Assembly (NCBI GenBank): GCA_002633005.1
Contig: NMRA01000003.1
Location: 2,740,686 to 2,804,685, forward strand
From: Phoronis australis
Lineage: Eukaryota > Animalia > Phoronida
Direction of reading: 5' to 3'
Length of the DNA: 64,000 nucleotides
The notes under the pieces: generated by a model
What the model was told of the DNA's origin: nothing
What the model saw: the letters and a program-made list of their open reading frames with translations, nothing else
Database searches by the model: none
Program-made: the position numbers and the translations under genes
Part shown: piece after piece, positions 15,001 through 30,000 of the stretch
Position numbering within the stretch: the first letter of the stretch is position 1
Layout: each line of letters starts with the position of its first letter

Positions 15001-18000
15001 TCCTCCAAACTTCAAACTTGAATTATTGCTAATATGACAATTTCCATATTATTTCTACTTTAATACAAGGTCAAGATTTGTAGATTTTTTCCTGTGCCTG
15101 AGTACATTATGGTTTACACAGATGAGTTTCTAGTCCAAGTTCACACTTGAATTTTGAATCCTGACTCGAACTTATATCTTTAAAGTATTAGGATCAGCAA
15201 GTACAAACTAAGGCTAGACAGTCATCCAGGTAAACCATTCCATACCATTGCTCAGAATAATAAATACTTATCTTGAGTTTAACAGTACAACAGAAAATGT
15301 CAAAAATGATTTTGAGTTCAATTTCGAGTACAAAGACGAGATCCAGGCCCTTATTAAGTGTGTTAACTGTTAGTGAGCTAACTTTTCGAAAGTCGGATCT
15401 GTCATGCAGCATGTTTTAATGCTTCTAACAAAGAAGAGAGTTGAATGTGAGACATGGATTTTGTGATATGTTAGTGTTTTACAAGAAGTGTTGTTGTCTT
15501 GCAGTTCTAACGAGACTGACAACCTAATCTCAGCGAAGCTAATGATGGCTAAACCAGTCGATTTCTCTGACGATCCGTCTGTGTTGCTACTTCTCAACCC
15601 ATCCTGTACCTACAGTGTGTCGATGGCGGGAAGCTTTCAGGAAACTCTGGGACAGGTGCTTGAGCTGACAATGTCATGGTCACTGGCTAAGTACAATTAT
15701 ACTGAAATACCCCATATTTTCACCATGTTTTGGTCCGATGATGGTCGGAGTAATTTCCAATTGACACATTGTGAAAAATCTCATGTAGAGGTTTGTGCAA
15801 TTAAATGAAACAATGAATTCATAATTCAACTACAAAGCGTAAATGAACTTCCACAAAAGTTCTTCAATTTGGGACAAAACTGATTGCCAAGATTGTCCTA
15901 TTTCTATTTTTCAGACTTGTACTACATTCTTGCAAATGCTCAAAATTTTACCTAAAGTTGTTCGCTAATAGCTATGCCATTCAAACCGTGCTAAAAGCAT
16001 AGCAAATTTTCATGAAAGGGTATTTCCATTCTTGAGAAATTTGACGAAATGAAATTTCACCTGTTTGCCATTTAGTATCCCAAATTGAATTTTATTTACC
16101 ATACTCAGGAGTGTGGCTTGTTACTAAACAGCTATCATCATGTTTGTGAATAAAATCCCCGATCATCTTAATACTGTGTTGCTAACTCACTGCTTAATAT
16201 TTCAATTAATATCTTTACATTTATTGTCTTCAGGGAATCATTTGCTATCGATTCCCAATACATCATTTCCTTTCGCAGTCAGTTTTAACTCTTAATTAAT
16301 GCTGCCTCGTGGTTGCGTAATGGCACACATTGTCTATCGTTGAAATGGCATAATTATTTTTATTATGTATTCAACTACATTGATTATCTCAAATGTTGAA
16401 CAGCTGGCTCACGCTAATTAATAATTCACCATTAATTGCTCATGCTTCATTAGTTGTGATTAATTCCCAGCTGCAGTTTTTTTTTATTATGACCATGTTC
16501 ATGATTCAGTGTAATTTTACTGTTTCACATGGACACTAAGGTGTTTATCTTACTTGCCCTTCAAGCACTATTTGTCTTGTGCTGAATGATGTGTGTATAG
16601 TGTCTGGCATTTACAATCAGTTTCGCACTCTCTTTTAACACCAGTCAAACAATAATTTTTTAGACTTTAATATGTCCGTGCTAATATAGCATTACATACT
16701 AAATCATTGTTGTATTAATTATTTCAATTGCAAATAAATAATAATGTAACTGCTGTGACTTTGCATCCTATGTGGCATGGAAAAAATTCATTCTTGTGTT
16801 GACAATTGGCCAGTTGCTAAATTTCAGAGAAAATCAAGTTTATGCTTTGCATCTTTATTAAAGACCTTGATTCTGCTGTGTATTTCAGTCTGAAGCCAAA
16901 CATTTGTGACTGATACGCACGACTGTACTTTCTCACTGGTAGTTGAGGTACTGCCATTGGCAGTTAAAATTTGCCTAGCAGCAGGTCAACTTCAACTATT
17001 AACTATTTTGTTTTGTATGGATTTGCTGTTGTCTTGAGTAGATCATCTGTGGCAGTGTTGAGTGGGGTGTAGGTAGTCATCGGTCTGCCAAATAACAAAT
17101 TGTTTACCTCAGTTTTAAAAAGCTCACTTGAAGTCTGAGTGTATTAAAAAATGATATTGAATTGTCATTTCATTTTGCACAGTGACTAAGTATAATGATT
17201 GCTTATCGACTGTGTGTGAAACATGAGAATTTGCTGTCAAGTCACAGGCAGTAGGAACATGTAAGTCAGCACCAAAGCAATAAAATACAATAACTGAATT
17301 CTTAATAGGATACTAAACCTGAAACTTGCCTTATTAACATTATGTAGGACCTCACTGTGTATTTTGCCAAATACCGTATCTACAAAACTATAGGTTTTAA
17401 CTCCATAAAAGTATACGTTTTCTGACAGAAACCAGTAGAATTTCAATTTTTTAAATTTATACCAATCTCCCATTAATCGTATCACGTGACCTTAAAAGAT
17501 ACATTGTTATCAGAACAATGGTGATCTTAACCTGCCAAAATGGCATTTGGTATAAATGTTCAAGATAAAATCTCAAAAACCTGCTGTTTATTAAATTACT
17601 ATTTCCTTCTCGGTTTATGCAGCTTGATTCTTTCAGAAAAATCATAAAAGTCCTATTTTTTGGGTAGCACCTCATGCAAATTGAAATATTTTATCTACAA
17701 TTCCTAAAAGCATGGGGGAGCATTGTGCATGAGGCATAGAATGGGAAAGTTTCACATAAATCTGATCTGTCATTTCTGAGATTTAACCTTAACTGAGATT
17801 GAAGTCAAGGTAACGTTTAAATCCTTGGAACAAAATAATTTTCTGTAGACCTTCACCAACCCTTTAAAGTTTGATTCAAGTCCAACTTAAGAAAACATTG
17901 GAGAGTTTGCATGCCTTGAACTACCAAATTAATTGTATTACACAGTAAGAGCATGCTTTTGGCTGAGAAATACTTCCATCTTTCTTGGGAAGTAGTAACT

Positions 18001-21000
18001 ACCCAATAGCAGACGATGGAAGCAATTTTGAGTAAAATTGTCAAAATGCGGTTTAGTATCCTTTTAAGTTTACATAGTCTGTTTTTAGTCATGTTGTCTA
18101 TTCATTGTAGTGTTATTGGTGAACACCAGGTGTCCTGTCAGCACTATCCTCGTCCTCTTCCATGTCATCCATTATCACCTTCAGAAAGCTTGCCTTGTTT
18201 TCACCTGCTCTACTGTTTCTCGAATGTCTCTGTTCATTTGCTAAACTGAGATGCTCTGTTTGCTGTTGAACAGAACCTGCTAATGATCGTTGCTGACTTT
18301 CGGGTCGTCGAAATTTTTCTAAACTTTTCCTGGAAACCTGTTCCCGTAATAGTGCTTTGCGTTTCTTAAAGTTTTCAGATTCGGTACCAAAACTTACAGG
18401 TCGTGTCCTGATATTACGAAACTTATACAAACCACTTACAGCGGTATTCTCTTGCACATCTTTGTAATTAAGTAAAGCATCGAATGCTCTTGAGACGGCG
18501 CTGTTCGAAAAGATGTTAGAGTTATTTAATGTCTGTACTGTTTGAGCTGAAGACTGTCGCGTTGACCGACGTGAAGGTAAACTATGCCTCAGGTTGATTA
18601 TTTCTTCATCACTGTCAATAGTGAAGTCTGTTAGGGGGTACATCTGTCTTTGCGAACTAACACTGTCGTCAATTGTTACGCAGTTAAGCAAGTTATTTGA
18701 AGGGCTCTTAGTGTTAAGTTTAAACTGGTCCACCTCACTGACGGAGGATATGTCCCCATCGTACTTGGAGGATGTGGCCGTCCGTTCACTTCCTGCGGAG
18801 TGGCGTGAACTGCTTGTTGACTCAGTTCCAGGTTTTTTATCCCAACCGTTTCTACTTCCTGCTGATGGTTGTGGGCTAGCAGTCTCTGTCTTCTTTCCTT
18901 TCAAAATTCGATCGTGGATTGCCTTTCTCTGCGCCTCATAGTGTAGACTCATCTGGTTGATATGTGCCATGAGGCTGTCAAAGTCTTCATCTTTCTCAAC
19001 AAACTTGCCTGTGTCAGTGAGATAAGTTTTTTTGTTTATCACTGTCTGGGAGTCACTCCGACTGCTCATCACACGAATATTTTGCCGAGTTTTCTTAGGC
19101 GGTGCACTATGTCTTTGTGATTTCTTGTGTGCCCACGATGCATCAGAACGGGGTGTGATATTCTCACGCCAAGCCTCAATTTCAACTTGCCGCGAAGGAG
19201 ACAAGCTGCGTTTCTTATCTTCTTCTTGAATGTAGTACTCCAATAGTCTATCTTTGTAGCTTTGGTCCCATTCACTTAGGTGCTTATGACGCTCCACCTG
19301 CTGGCGGTGCAAGGTACTACCAGAGTTGACTAGACTTCGTGGATTGATGCTAGTCTCAAGACTAGCTAAAGTTTGTATGTTCATGTCTAACATTCCTTGC
19401 TTCATCCTATCTGAAAGGAAAATTATAAGTCATTCAGTTAAATTTGTTCCTGTTGTGGTTTTTATGTTCGTCAAAATTCTATATTCCTTTTATAACCCAA
19501 GCAATGGTATTGAGTATAGCTCAGACTGGCATTATGATGTGCTATTTATTGAATTGTTTTGGTGGCAAATTTTAAGCATTCTAACAGTTGAACATCAAGT
19601 TCCTCTTAATGAAGGCATTTTTAAATGTTAAAACAAGCACTGGAGCATGATGTTGAACACATCAAGGGGATGAAGGGAAGGTATGGCATATTATTCGAGT
19701 ATGGTCTTATCTCACAAATCACCTAAGGCTATGATGTCATGTAGCAACTTCTTTGTGAACTCTTAGCTATGATACATCTTACCGATGTGTATCAGTTCTA
19801 ACTGATTGCTTCTAATGTTATGTGATGTCTACCCAACAATCCTGATGTCAGAATAAGACTAGATGATGTCATGACAACAAGTGTACAATATCCTTTATTC
19901 TAATTAACTGTTTACTCAACAATAAGGTCATTCTGCTCCGTCTGTGCTAACAAGGAATCGATTAATGGGTGCTACTTCAGACGGAGGTGTTTGTTGTTTT
20001 AAGAAGCACAACAGTAAACTATAGATATTACCAATCAATACGTAAATTGATTGATTTGGGTATTATTCTTTGTTGTTTCAACTAGTAAGGATGTCCAATT
20101 AGGTGTCCTTTGGTGAGGTTCTGCATTTCACAATTTTGTCATGAATTAGATAAATGTTAAAACTGTTATAGAACTAAAAAGTGGCAACGTTATTTTAAAT
20201 TTTCATTTTTATTTTGCATAAAAAGCTTGTTGATGGTACATGGAAATTGAACTTTAACTTTGTTGTTCTTAAGTTATGTCTAATGATGTCACTTGTTTAC
20301 CAAAAGAGGCTTGTGCAGTATTTTGTTAATACCCAGGACTGCTAATAACCAATCAAAACATGTGCACCTTTTGTTAAAAACTTCAATTTTTTGTAAGTGA
20401 TTACAGTAACATTTATTGTGTTTATGCAATGTCTGTAACAGCTTTCAGCCAATACTAAATAATTGGTTAGTCAGTGGGACTCTGCTCTGACATAACTGAC
20501 TTGGGGCCAAGTCAAAATGGAGATCTGTGCACATGTATCTCTTATTTAGTTTCAATTTCAGACAAATGATTTCCAAATCGTGATATCAATCTTATCCATT
20601 GTTAAACATTCGTGCAATCTTTTGTCCACATCACAAACTGCACCCAAATTATCTACCATCATGATGAATACTTGAAGGAATTCAGTTACATTTTTTGGCT
20701 AATTCTGATGTTGCATTTCTTTGGGGAAAATGATCCCAATGTAACTTTTCACAAGTAATTCTATTTCTAGAGCCAGACAGTTGAAAGTTGTACGTTTCAG
20801 TGTACAATATTGCAATTTACTATAAGCTAATGGTTTTTTGTTGTAAAGTCATTGCTAATGTGGAATGTGGTCTGCTCCACACAAAAGGAACTCAGATCAG
20901 TGTTCATGATAAGGACAGTTGATGAGATCAGAAGTTCTTGTACAAATCCATTAACTACCTACTAGGTGCTGTGAAACAAGTCGAGTTTCTAATGAACGCA

Positions 21001-24000
21001 AATAAGCTCAGCTTATATCTCATGTCTCCACTAAAAAAACATGCTGCGAATGCTCAGTCATTGACTCTCTTTCACCTGATGCAAGCGTAAATGACAGTAT
21101 GAGAGCCACTGAAAACTAGTTTTTGCTTAACCTGACAACAAATCTGGCTGTTTTATTGTAACCAATGTACACTACAATTACTGTGATTAGTATGAAGGTA
21201 GTTCAAAGGTCAGTGAGCATTTAACCTCGCTGTACGCGGATAACGAATGACATGACGTAAATTTCAGCTCATCTCGTAACTCTCTGTCCATGGTGGCTCT
21301 GACATATCTTTCATCCTAGTTCCTCTCCAGTTTTGCTGTTTTCATTGCCCATTTAGATGCTTGTCAAGTGTTTTCATTAAAAATCACATTCTATCTTACA
21401 TCAAATCAATAAAGGTTTAAAATATGAGGTACATGTACTTACTCTGAACAGTTTCTGTATCGTCATTCACAGTATAAACGTGGTCAACTGTTTGATTCTC
21501 TCGCCTGTTATCTACAAAGTCGCCTTGTCGTATGATTTGTTTTAAGTCATTCACATGTTAATGAAGTTAACTTTTTTACCACATTTTCATGTGACTAACA
21601 AGCCAGTTTACCTTGACGATAACATACCTGTGTCGCCACCATAAGATGGTGTTAATCTGTGAATCTATGGCTGTAATCCATTTATTGTAGAAGTCGTTAT
21701 ACAGTTGTGAAGTGTTAATGCCCACTGTGTCAGTCTGTGTATACCTTTGGTCTGTGTAGAAGACGGAGCGTGCCTTTCCTTCCTCTCTCTCATGTCTCCA
21801 CTGTCAGTATCTAGGGGGGATGTTGAGCTTGTGCTAATGTCAGTCAATACTAATGTCAATAGATAACCATTCTAGAATTTCAAACGGCACGTTCTGTTAT
21901 GTGACGTATCATATTTTCCTGTATCATATTTTATAAGCCTCGGTCATTTGTATAACATTTATGCTTCTTAATGTATTGAAATGTGAGCCCATGAGATTTT
22001 AATTTCGTATTCTATGACTTTGGAGTAAGTAATAAAAATGTCTGGGTGTATTCACCTCTGCTCCATATTAGTATTCATGAGGCCACCTGACAGGAGAGTT
22101 TGGGGTAAATATTGACTCTGTCACAAAGCCTACTCCATACTCCTTTATAGGTCCGTATTTACTCCTGTCGATCTATCTGAAATGGACTATGATATGCTGG
22201 TCATACACCTGTTTACTCACTATTCCTGTCCCTAATTGCATCAAAATTTACTGTATGCTTCATGGTCATTTGAGGTTGTGCTCTTAACATCACAGTCATT
22301 GTTCAGTCAACTGTCACCATTTGTCCTAGGAAATAACCAACATCTTTTATAATTGGTTTCGCCTGCTTTGCGATTTGTCATTAGGTTGTATGTTTAGGTG
22401 TCCCTGCATGTGCTAATGGTTTTTGGTCAATTGGAAAAACAGAAAATATTGTAATGTTATATAAACAATCTTAATGTGCATCATATGAAGATTTTGAAGC
22501 CATTTAGTTTATAGATTACTTAGGTCTTCCTGTTTAGTATACATCACTTGGCTCTTCACGTTTAACATGATGTGGCCTATCTTGCAATTTACCAGTTTGT
22601 GTGGTGGTTATATCTCACTTAATGAATTATTTTAGTTTACAAATTTCTTGCCCTTCTGTTAAATTCTTTTTTCAGTAGAATTCTGTCTAGCATCGAAACA
22701 CAAAATTTATTGTTCATCTTTTCATTTAGTTTAGCTGTGTGTTCTCTGTAGACTTATACTATCTACAGCAAATACTAGGTACAGTACTGTACAATCTATT
22801 CAATGCATACTTGTTCAAAGCTTTTACTGTTTGATGAATTTGGATTAAAGCCATCAGAGTGCATCTCCTAAGTCAACATTTTTGTTTATCAAACACTGAG
22901 AACAAACAATGTTGCTCCATAGTAAAACAAGGATTTGCCCAGTTTGAATATTTTGGACTGTTTACCGAAAGAGTTAATCAGCTTGGGTCCAGTAGTGTAG
23001 GTCCCATGCCATCCTTTTAATGGATATTGAGAGAGAACCATCCTGAGTTTGTGTGGGCTAAAGGACCACACCTGCACTTTTTATAAAGGATTCTCAAAAA
23101 TCGTCTAGCGGTAATTACACTTCGTTAACAAAGTTGTTACACCTTTCTGAATTATTTTTTGTTTTCGTTTTATGCAAGTTTTCATTTTTTTCATAAAAAT
23201 CATTAAGTTGTGTTTTTATAGCCTCTCATACAGTCATGGAACATTTTGCAAAACAATTCATACAGTTTTTGGAGGACAGTGGTTACATTTTTCTAGGGCC
23301 CTGCATAACCTTATGTAGACACTACTGGCCTCTTTGAACTGTTACTTGGTATGACTTGATCCCTGATATTTGAAGTCACAGTTGTTTATGCTTAATGTTT
23401 TGTTCAACTTCTCGGTGAACAAAAACAAATCCAAGAATAAAGAAGCCCATAGTAATGTGCTTTTGTGCAACTGACTTTGTAAATTGTAGCAGGACAGCTT
23501 TTTTCAAGCCTATTTGCCATTAATTTACATGCAGAACTGGACTTACATATGACTTATTCACCAGAAAGTGAGGTCACAACTGAGCTACGTTCTAATATTC
23601 TGCATGGGTTAATAACTTTTGCCTGACAGATTAAATTCTTTAATACTATGAAAACGTGTTAATAATCCTCGTGATAAGATCCTGGAATACTTGACTATCA
23701 TTAGATATGTACCATGTGCACGATAGAGCCACTGTTCAACGAGTGACAGTGCCAACTTCAGACATTTCTCACCATTTTAATCTTTGCCACCTTAGCTTGT
23801 GATAAAACAGTATTTAATTTATTTCAGTTTTCTAATCTTAATTCAACACAGTAAACAACAATATATGAACGTGTCAGTTTAGTCAAGTTTGCTTACTTGC
23901 CCCGTGTGATTAACGTCTGGTCTATTTGCTGTTGCCAATGGAGGTTCAAAGTACATGTTACAACTGTACCTAAGTACTTACCAACAGTCTTTAAATCTGT

Positions 24001-27000
24001 CAATGGCTTGCATTGAGGTCTGTCACCTCCAAAGGGCGTTGATAACATTTTGTACTTCTCAATAGAATGATTGATACCATTATAAGCTGTGCTGCCAGAC
24101 CATTATCCCCTCATGAAGATGCAACTTGGTTTATGAAGAGGATTCTTTCTTTACCGCCCCTGGCTATTGGTTAATAACTAGGCTCAGCTCGTTCTCCTAA
24201 TCCTTAGTTTCAGTTATAATACAATTTTTATTCATTTACAAGCCATTGGCAATTGGCTCAAAATACTTGAATGTCCAATACCTTTATAGCCAGTCAAAGG
24301 TTTGCAAGTAGAGACCTGAACAATTAATTAGCTTCTCTATTGCGACAAACAATTAAATACAGTAAGTAGGGTTGCCAGGATTAAGCTACTTCTATGTAAT
24401 TAGATATTATTTGCCTGTTCACACAGAGTGGAGAGGTACCGTCTTAACAAAAAGTGTTTTTGTTTGTTGTTGAAAATTCCAGTAGTCTAAGAGCTTTGTT
24501 TGGCATATAATAATGTTGTATGTTGGAGATGCGTCTTGGTCCCTAGCTTACGCTGGGCTGTTATGGACAGCAGTTGTGAACTTGAGCAAGCACTACTGTA
24601 TGAAAAAAGTGAGCAAAAAAATTTAACTTGAAATAAATTTCAAAATGAGAATTTTTAAATATACCATGTTATGCAATCTTTGGTTCTTGTTTTGAGGGGG
24701 AAACCTTTGTTGTGATTTTTAAATAGATACGTCGCCTTAGGAATCTGCTGGATGGCACTGTTAAATGCCCAGAACGTATAGTGCATGGCAACAAATGACA
24801 ACGTCTGTCCGTTTTCTTAAAGGAGACAGGCAGACTTGAAAAATTCCGTCACGAAGAACCATTACTGGGCTCTCGTGCTTAGGTCAGGTGTTTGGTGCAA
24901 TGGGCCCAACCATGAGGCCTGCACCGCAAATGACATCAGGCCACCCGCAGTGTTCTTATGCGCCCACATATTTATATGTGGGTGCAGCCGTCATCTCTGT
25001 CTGGGCGTGTGGGCGTCCGAGGCTGTATCTCCTAAACCCCTTACAGGATCTTATTGAAATTTGGCAGGTGTGTTCCTATGGTGTTGACGACAGAGGGCAA
25101 CGAGTTTTGGACCGACCCGAATACCGCTGTGCCCCCTAGTGGCAATTTTAGTTTTTTACGTTTGCCTCTGGATCTTCAATGGTCCTCAACCGATTTTCAT
25201 GAAATTTGGCACATTGGCATCTTTTAATGAGGTGACGGTATCCTCTCATTTTCGGATGGATTCGAGGTATTTTGCGCCACCTAGTGGCCATTTTTACTGT
25301 TTTGGAATTTGTTTTTTTTGGCGTCCATCCCTCCATCAACCGAACCACTCTAAGGATGATTGTGAAAATTGGCATGCATGTTCTTACTATGAAGAGGACG
25401 GTTGACGATGATTTTCCGATGACTTTGACTACTATGGCACCTCCTAGGGGCAGTTTTGTTTGTTTTTGCGTCCATGGCTGTATCTTCTAAACGCTCTACA
25501 AGATCTTTATTAAATGTAGCAAATGTGTTTTTATAAAGTTGATAACGGAAGGCAATGACTTTCTGACGGGTCTGACTAAGACTGCCCTCTAGTGGCAATA
25601 TAATTTTTTCTGTTTTCCTCTGTTTCTCTGAAGTTCCTTGACGAAATTTCATGAAATTTGTTAAAAAGTTTTCTTATAGAGAAACGGTGACATTTTCCGG
25701 TTTTCAGATGGATTCGACATACTTTGCACCATCTAGTGGCCATTTTTTTCTGTTTTCTAGTCTGTTTTTGCCGTCCGCCCTCTGTCAACCAAACCAATCT
25801 TAGGATGATTGTGAAAATTGGCTTATATACTATTAGTGTGAAGAGGACGGTTGACGATGATTTTCCGGCTTCAATTACTGTGGCAGTTTTTTTGCGCCCT
25901 TAGCTGCATCTCCTAAGTCCTCTGCAGAATGTTTATTAAATTTAACTAATGTATTTATATGACATTGACAACGGAAGACAGCAACTTTCATACGGATCCG
26001 ATGAACCTCTGTTCCCTAGTGGCAATTTCATTTTTTTCTGTTTTACTGAAATTTCTTGACGGATTTTCATGAAGTGTGGTAAATAGTTAGTTAGAAAAAC
26101 TGTGAATTTTTCATTTTTTTGATGGATTCAAAATATTTTGCACTATCTGGTGGCCATTTTTATGATACAAATAAACACCCTAGAAGCATACTGTTTGCAG
26201 TGCATTTGTTGGCGCATTTCAACGCTCCGCGTTGCTCTTGTTTATTATAATTAATGAAACAAGTGATAAAATCTTGGACAGAATGGAGTTAATTGATTGC
26301 TTCAGCTTGACATAATCCAGTTTGAAGTTTTATAAGTTTGACCTAATTAGTTGTGGCTTTACAGTAGATGACAATTTGGATGGTCTTGTAGTAGGGAAAG
26401 CAACCAGTTTGGGAAGTCTGGTTCTGTGGTGACATTTTGTCATTCATTGCATTATCGTGATTAAGAATTTGAAATGGATAGGAGTCTTCTGATTGGTCTT
26501 TATTTTACTAACAATTTACTCCCGTGAATGGCCAACATGTCCTGGGATCTGTTTTACTGAACGAACGATAGTGTACAGTTAGTTGTACTTTCAGCTTCAC
26601 AATTGCTGTGATATGGGATTGATTTTAAGCCATCATCGTAAAAGTATTACATTGATTCTACACTGATGTTCAAAAAATTGTCGGTTCTATGTTGTGATAA
26701 AAAAGTCATGTATTGTTGTGGGCATTCACGTGGCTCTCATTATGTTTTCAGGTGGGTCGTTTCTGTGGAAGCCTGTTACCTGTGTTCATAGTGGTCAATC
26801 TCTTGATGACCCTTGGTCAGCAGCTGTGCGAGCCAGGTAAAATGTGTTTTGTATACTTCATTTACTTTTTGTGGATTTTTATGAAATTTGGCAAATGTCT
26901 GACCGTGTGCCTACTATATTCTCTGCCACTTTGTGGCAATTTTTAAAATCTGAGTCGTCTGTTTTGGCATCTGCCTCACTATCCACCAATTACTACTTTA

Positions 27001-30000
27001 AAAAACATGAAAATTGGCAGATGTGTTCCTGATTAAAAGGCTACAGCTGACGTTTATTTTTAGACAGGTTCTACTCCTGTGGAGTCCCCTAGTGGCAATT
27101 TTGTTTTTTGCGCCCGCGGCTATATTTCACTAACCCTTCACAAGATATTGATGAAATATGGCTGATGCGTTTCTATGGAGCTGACAACGGATTATGACAA
27201 GTTTCAAACCATGGCTAGTGTTAAGTTTTGCACCGATGTAACAACTAAAAAATTAATCGCAGGCGATCTGGTACACATACCAGATGTGCACAGGTCACTC
27301 AGGTGGGCTCACGGCACTGATCACCTGGAACCATTTAATTATCTTATGTTACTACCTAGCTATAAGTGAGCCGAAGAGATAGAGTCCTGACTCACGGGTC
27401 TAGCTGTGTGCCCCAGAGTAAGACTGGAGTCACTGGAGCCATTGACCTCGAGTAAAGGAAACAGACACTTATCCCACTGGTACACATTGCGTCCTCAATG
27501 TGACCACTATGGTGTCCCCCAAATTGTCATTTGCCCCTGCCCTAATGGCTGCCAAGTTCTTTGATGAATCGTCATCAAATTTAACTTTTGTGTTCCAAAT
27601 TAGGAGAACACATCTGATATTGATTTTTTGGGATCCCAGTTCTGTGGAAATATTTGAAAAATGAGCCTCCTAAAGTATTTATGGTTTTCAAGGCATATGC
27701 TGGACACATAGCAGCACTCTACATTGCTCATGAATGTTTATTTTTCACTTGTCCTTAAAAAATTTTAGTTATGTATGGTTTGTGAACTATTTCGTAACGT
27801 AATGTGGTGTGGTCGTGCTCTTTAGATGCTATCAAGTCATTTGCCGACTCCCATCAATCTTATGCTGATAACTGGCGTCTTGTACCCTGGGTATCCTTGA
27901 TCTCCTATATCCTGAAGTAAGTATTTTAAAACAGCCGGGGATATTGAATTGAAAAACCGCTGAACAGGATATTTGTATTCTTCAATAATTCTGATCTCTA
28001 GCTTATGGAATCAGTTGCTGGTCAAAGTATTACACAGTATTTTTTATCATCTAGTTTTGCCATATTTAGTGTGTTGTTGGGTCTGTGTGGATGTGCAATG
28101 TAGGTTGTATGGTATAGTTCTGGATGGAAGAACGAAAACTAAATCGTTATCCCGTACCTGAAATTAATGCTTTTTATTGATGGTGTTCTGAAAAATATCA
28201 TTCCAAAACTGTTGATAGCCTTACCGGATAAAACATTGAAACTGCCAATTTCATTAATATGTTAATTGCAGTCTCACTCTTTCTATCTGCCTCAGTTTTG
28301 TTCTGCTTTTACTGGAGTGGCAGCGCCATCTTTTGGCTGAAAAACAAAACTAAAAATAAATTTTGTCAAGTCTTTATGCTACTTGGAACAAAAAAAATGT
28401 ATCGCTAGTATGAAGATAATTTTGTAATAAGGTTTTTTTCTTAAATTTTAAAACTATTTCGTGTTAAAGAGAGTCAGTTGTTATTATTACAGGAGAGATG
28501 TGGTTCATTGGTTTCTTGCTCATAGCGGTATCCCTGATGATGACTTAGTCAGCCTTGGCCACAAAAGGATCTCATTCGGCTTAATGGTCATTCTGCTATA
28601 TTTGATTGGTTATGTATTGGTCAGGATACATACTGTTGGTGTTGAGGTAGTGGTCAGCTCTATTGGGACGGTCATCAGACTGTATTGTGGTTGGTAAGTG
28701 TTATATGTGTAGACTGGTCAGTTATGTATTGGTAAAGATACATGCTGCTGGCATTGAGGTAGTGGTCAGCTCTGTTGGGACGGTCTTCAGACTGTATTGT
28801 GTTTGGTAAGTGATGTATGTGTTGATAGAAGTGTAAACCTATCAACTGACTCCCTCGTATTGTACACGAATGACTTTCGATATATTTAGCAGCTGATCCT
28901 TTAAGTAGCTTTACACCGTCGATCTGTCCAACAGGCAAACCTTTTATGGTAACCTCTTACCACAAGATTGGTCTTGGCTTGTTCCTTACTCCACTGGGAA
29001 GTAATTTCTGGGTTTGCCAAAAGTGACAAGTTTATGAAGCCATAATACCATGCTGGGCACATGTAATGACACGCATTGAGAAGCAAACTTATAGAAACCG
29101 ATTTGAAACCGTTTCCATGACAGTAGGTGGTCTAAAGCAAAATTTGTCTTTTGTGATGGAAGGCAGGTTTACAGTCAGTTTAAAAACTTGTGGTAATAAT
29201 TTAATTTTGTTGTTAAGACAAATTGCATCACAGGTTCATGGTCCATCAAGCCAGTTATTGACATCCAACTCTCTGCTGGTCATCTTAAGGTGAAGTTACC
29301 AAATGTAGCTTGTTTGTTAGATGCAACATACTTTCAATTCTATGCTGTGCTAGTGTTCAGAAAGTTGAGAATATAAATGTTAAGTGAGCGTTAATTTTTA
29401 ATATCGCTGTATCTTTACGCTGGCACCAGTCCCCCGTGTGTAGTCTTTAATCTTCTCTTCTATTTCAGTCCTAGTTCATCCTTTGCTGCAACACTGTTGG
29501 TTACACTGCAGTCAACTGTGTTGCTAGGCGCCTTATATCTGGCCCTGTTCTATTGTGGTGCTGCTGCCCTTCTTGTGGTCCTTATCCTGGCCTTGCTCAA
29601 GGTAAAACCTCTTTACTAGAAATTAAAGGGTTCTGATTCTATGTGAACAAGGAAGTCAGATTTGCCTATTCCTGAAATTTACCCCAAGAAGATGGCTGTA
29701 AACTATACGAGCATTCACTTCAGTCATCAGCTACATGATAAATTGTGTCTAAACTAGAGGCGTAAGTGACACAAATTTGCTTAATCGACGTCAGCTATGT
29801 AATGGCTGTTGTACTTTGCTTCAGGCCGTGGCTGCATTTACAAGACAATCGCCCAGCAGACACATCCAGCTTACTTTGTTGTTGCTGTTACTATGGTTAC
29901 TCATTCTAAACGGACCATCATGTATTGTTTGGTTAAAGAACTTCAGGTGAGTCTTGTTAGCAGAATTTCCACGTAGAATGTACATAAGGCAAAGGGCAGT

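Noticed and set aside
18594-19229. Plus-strand ORFs of 115 and 65 aa
   Set aside because: Antisense shadows of the 430-aa ORF.
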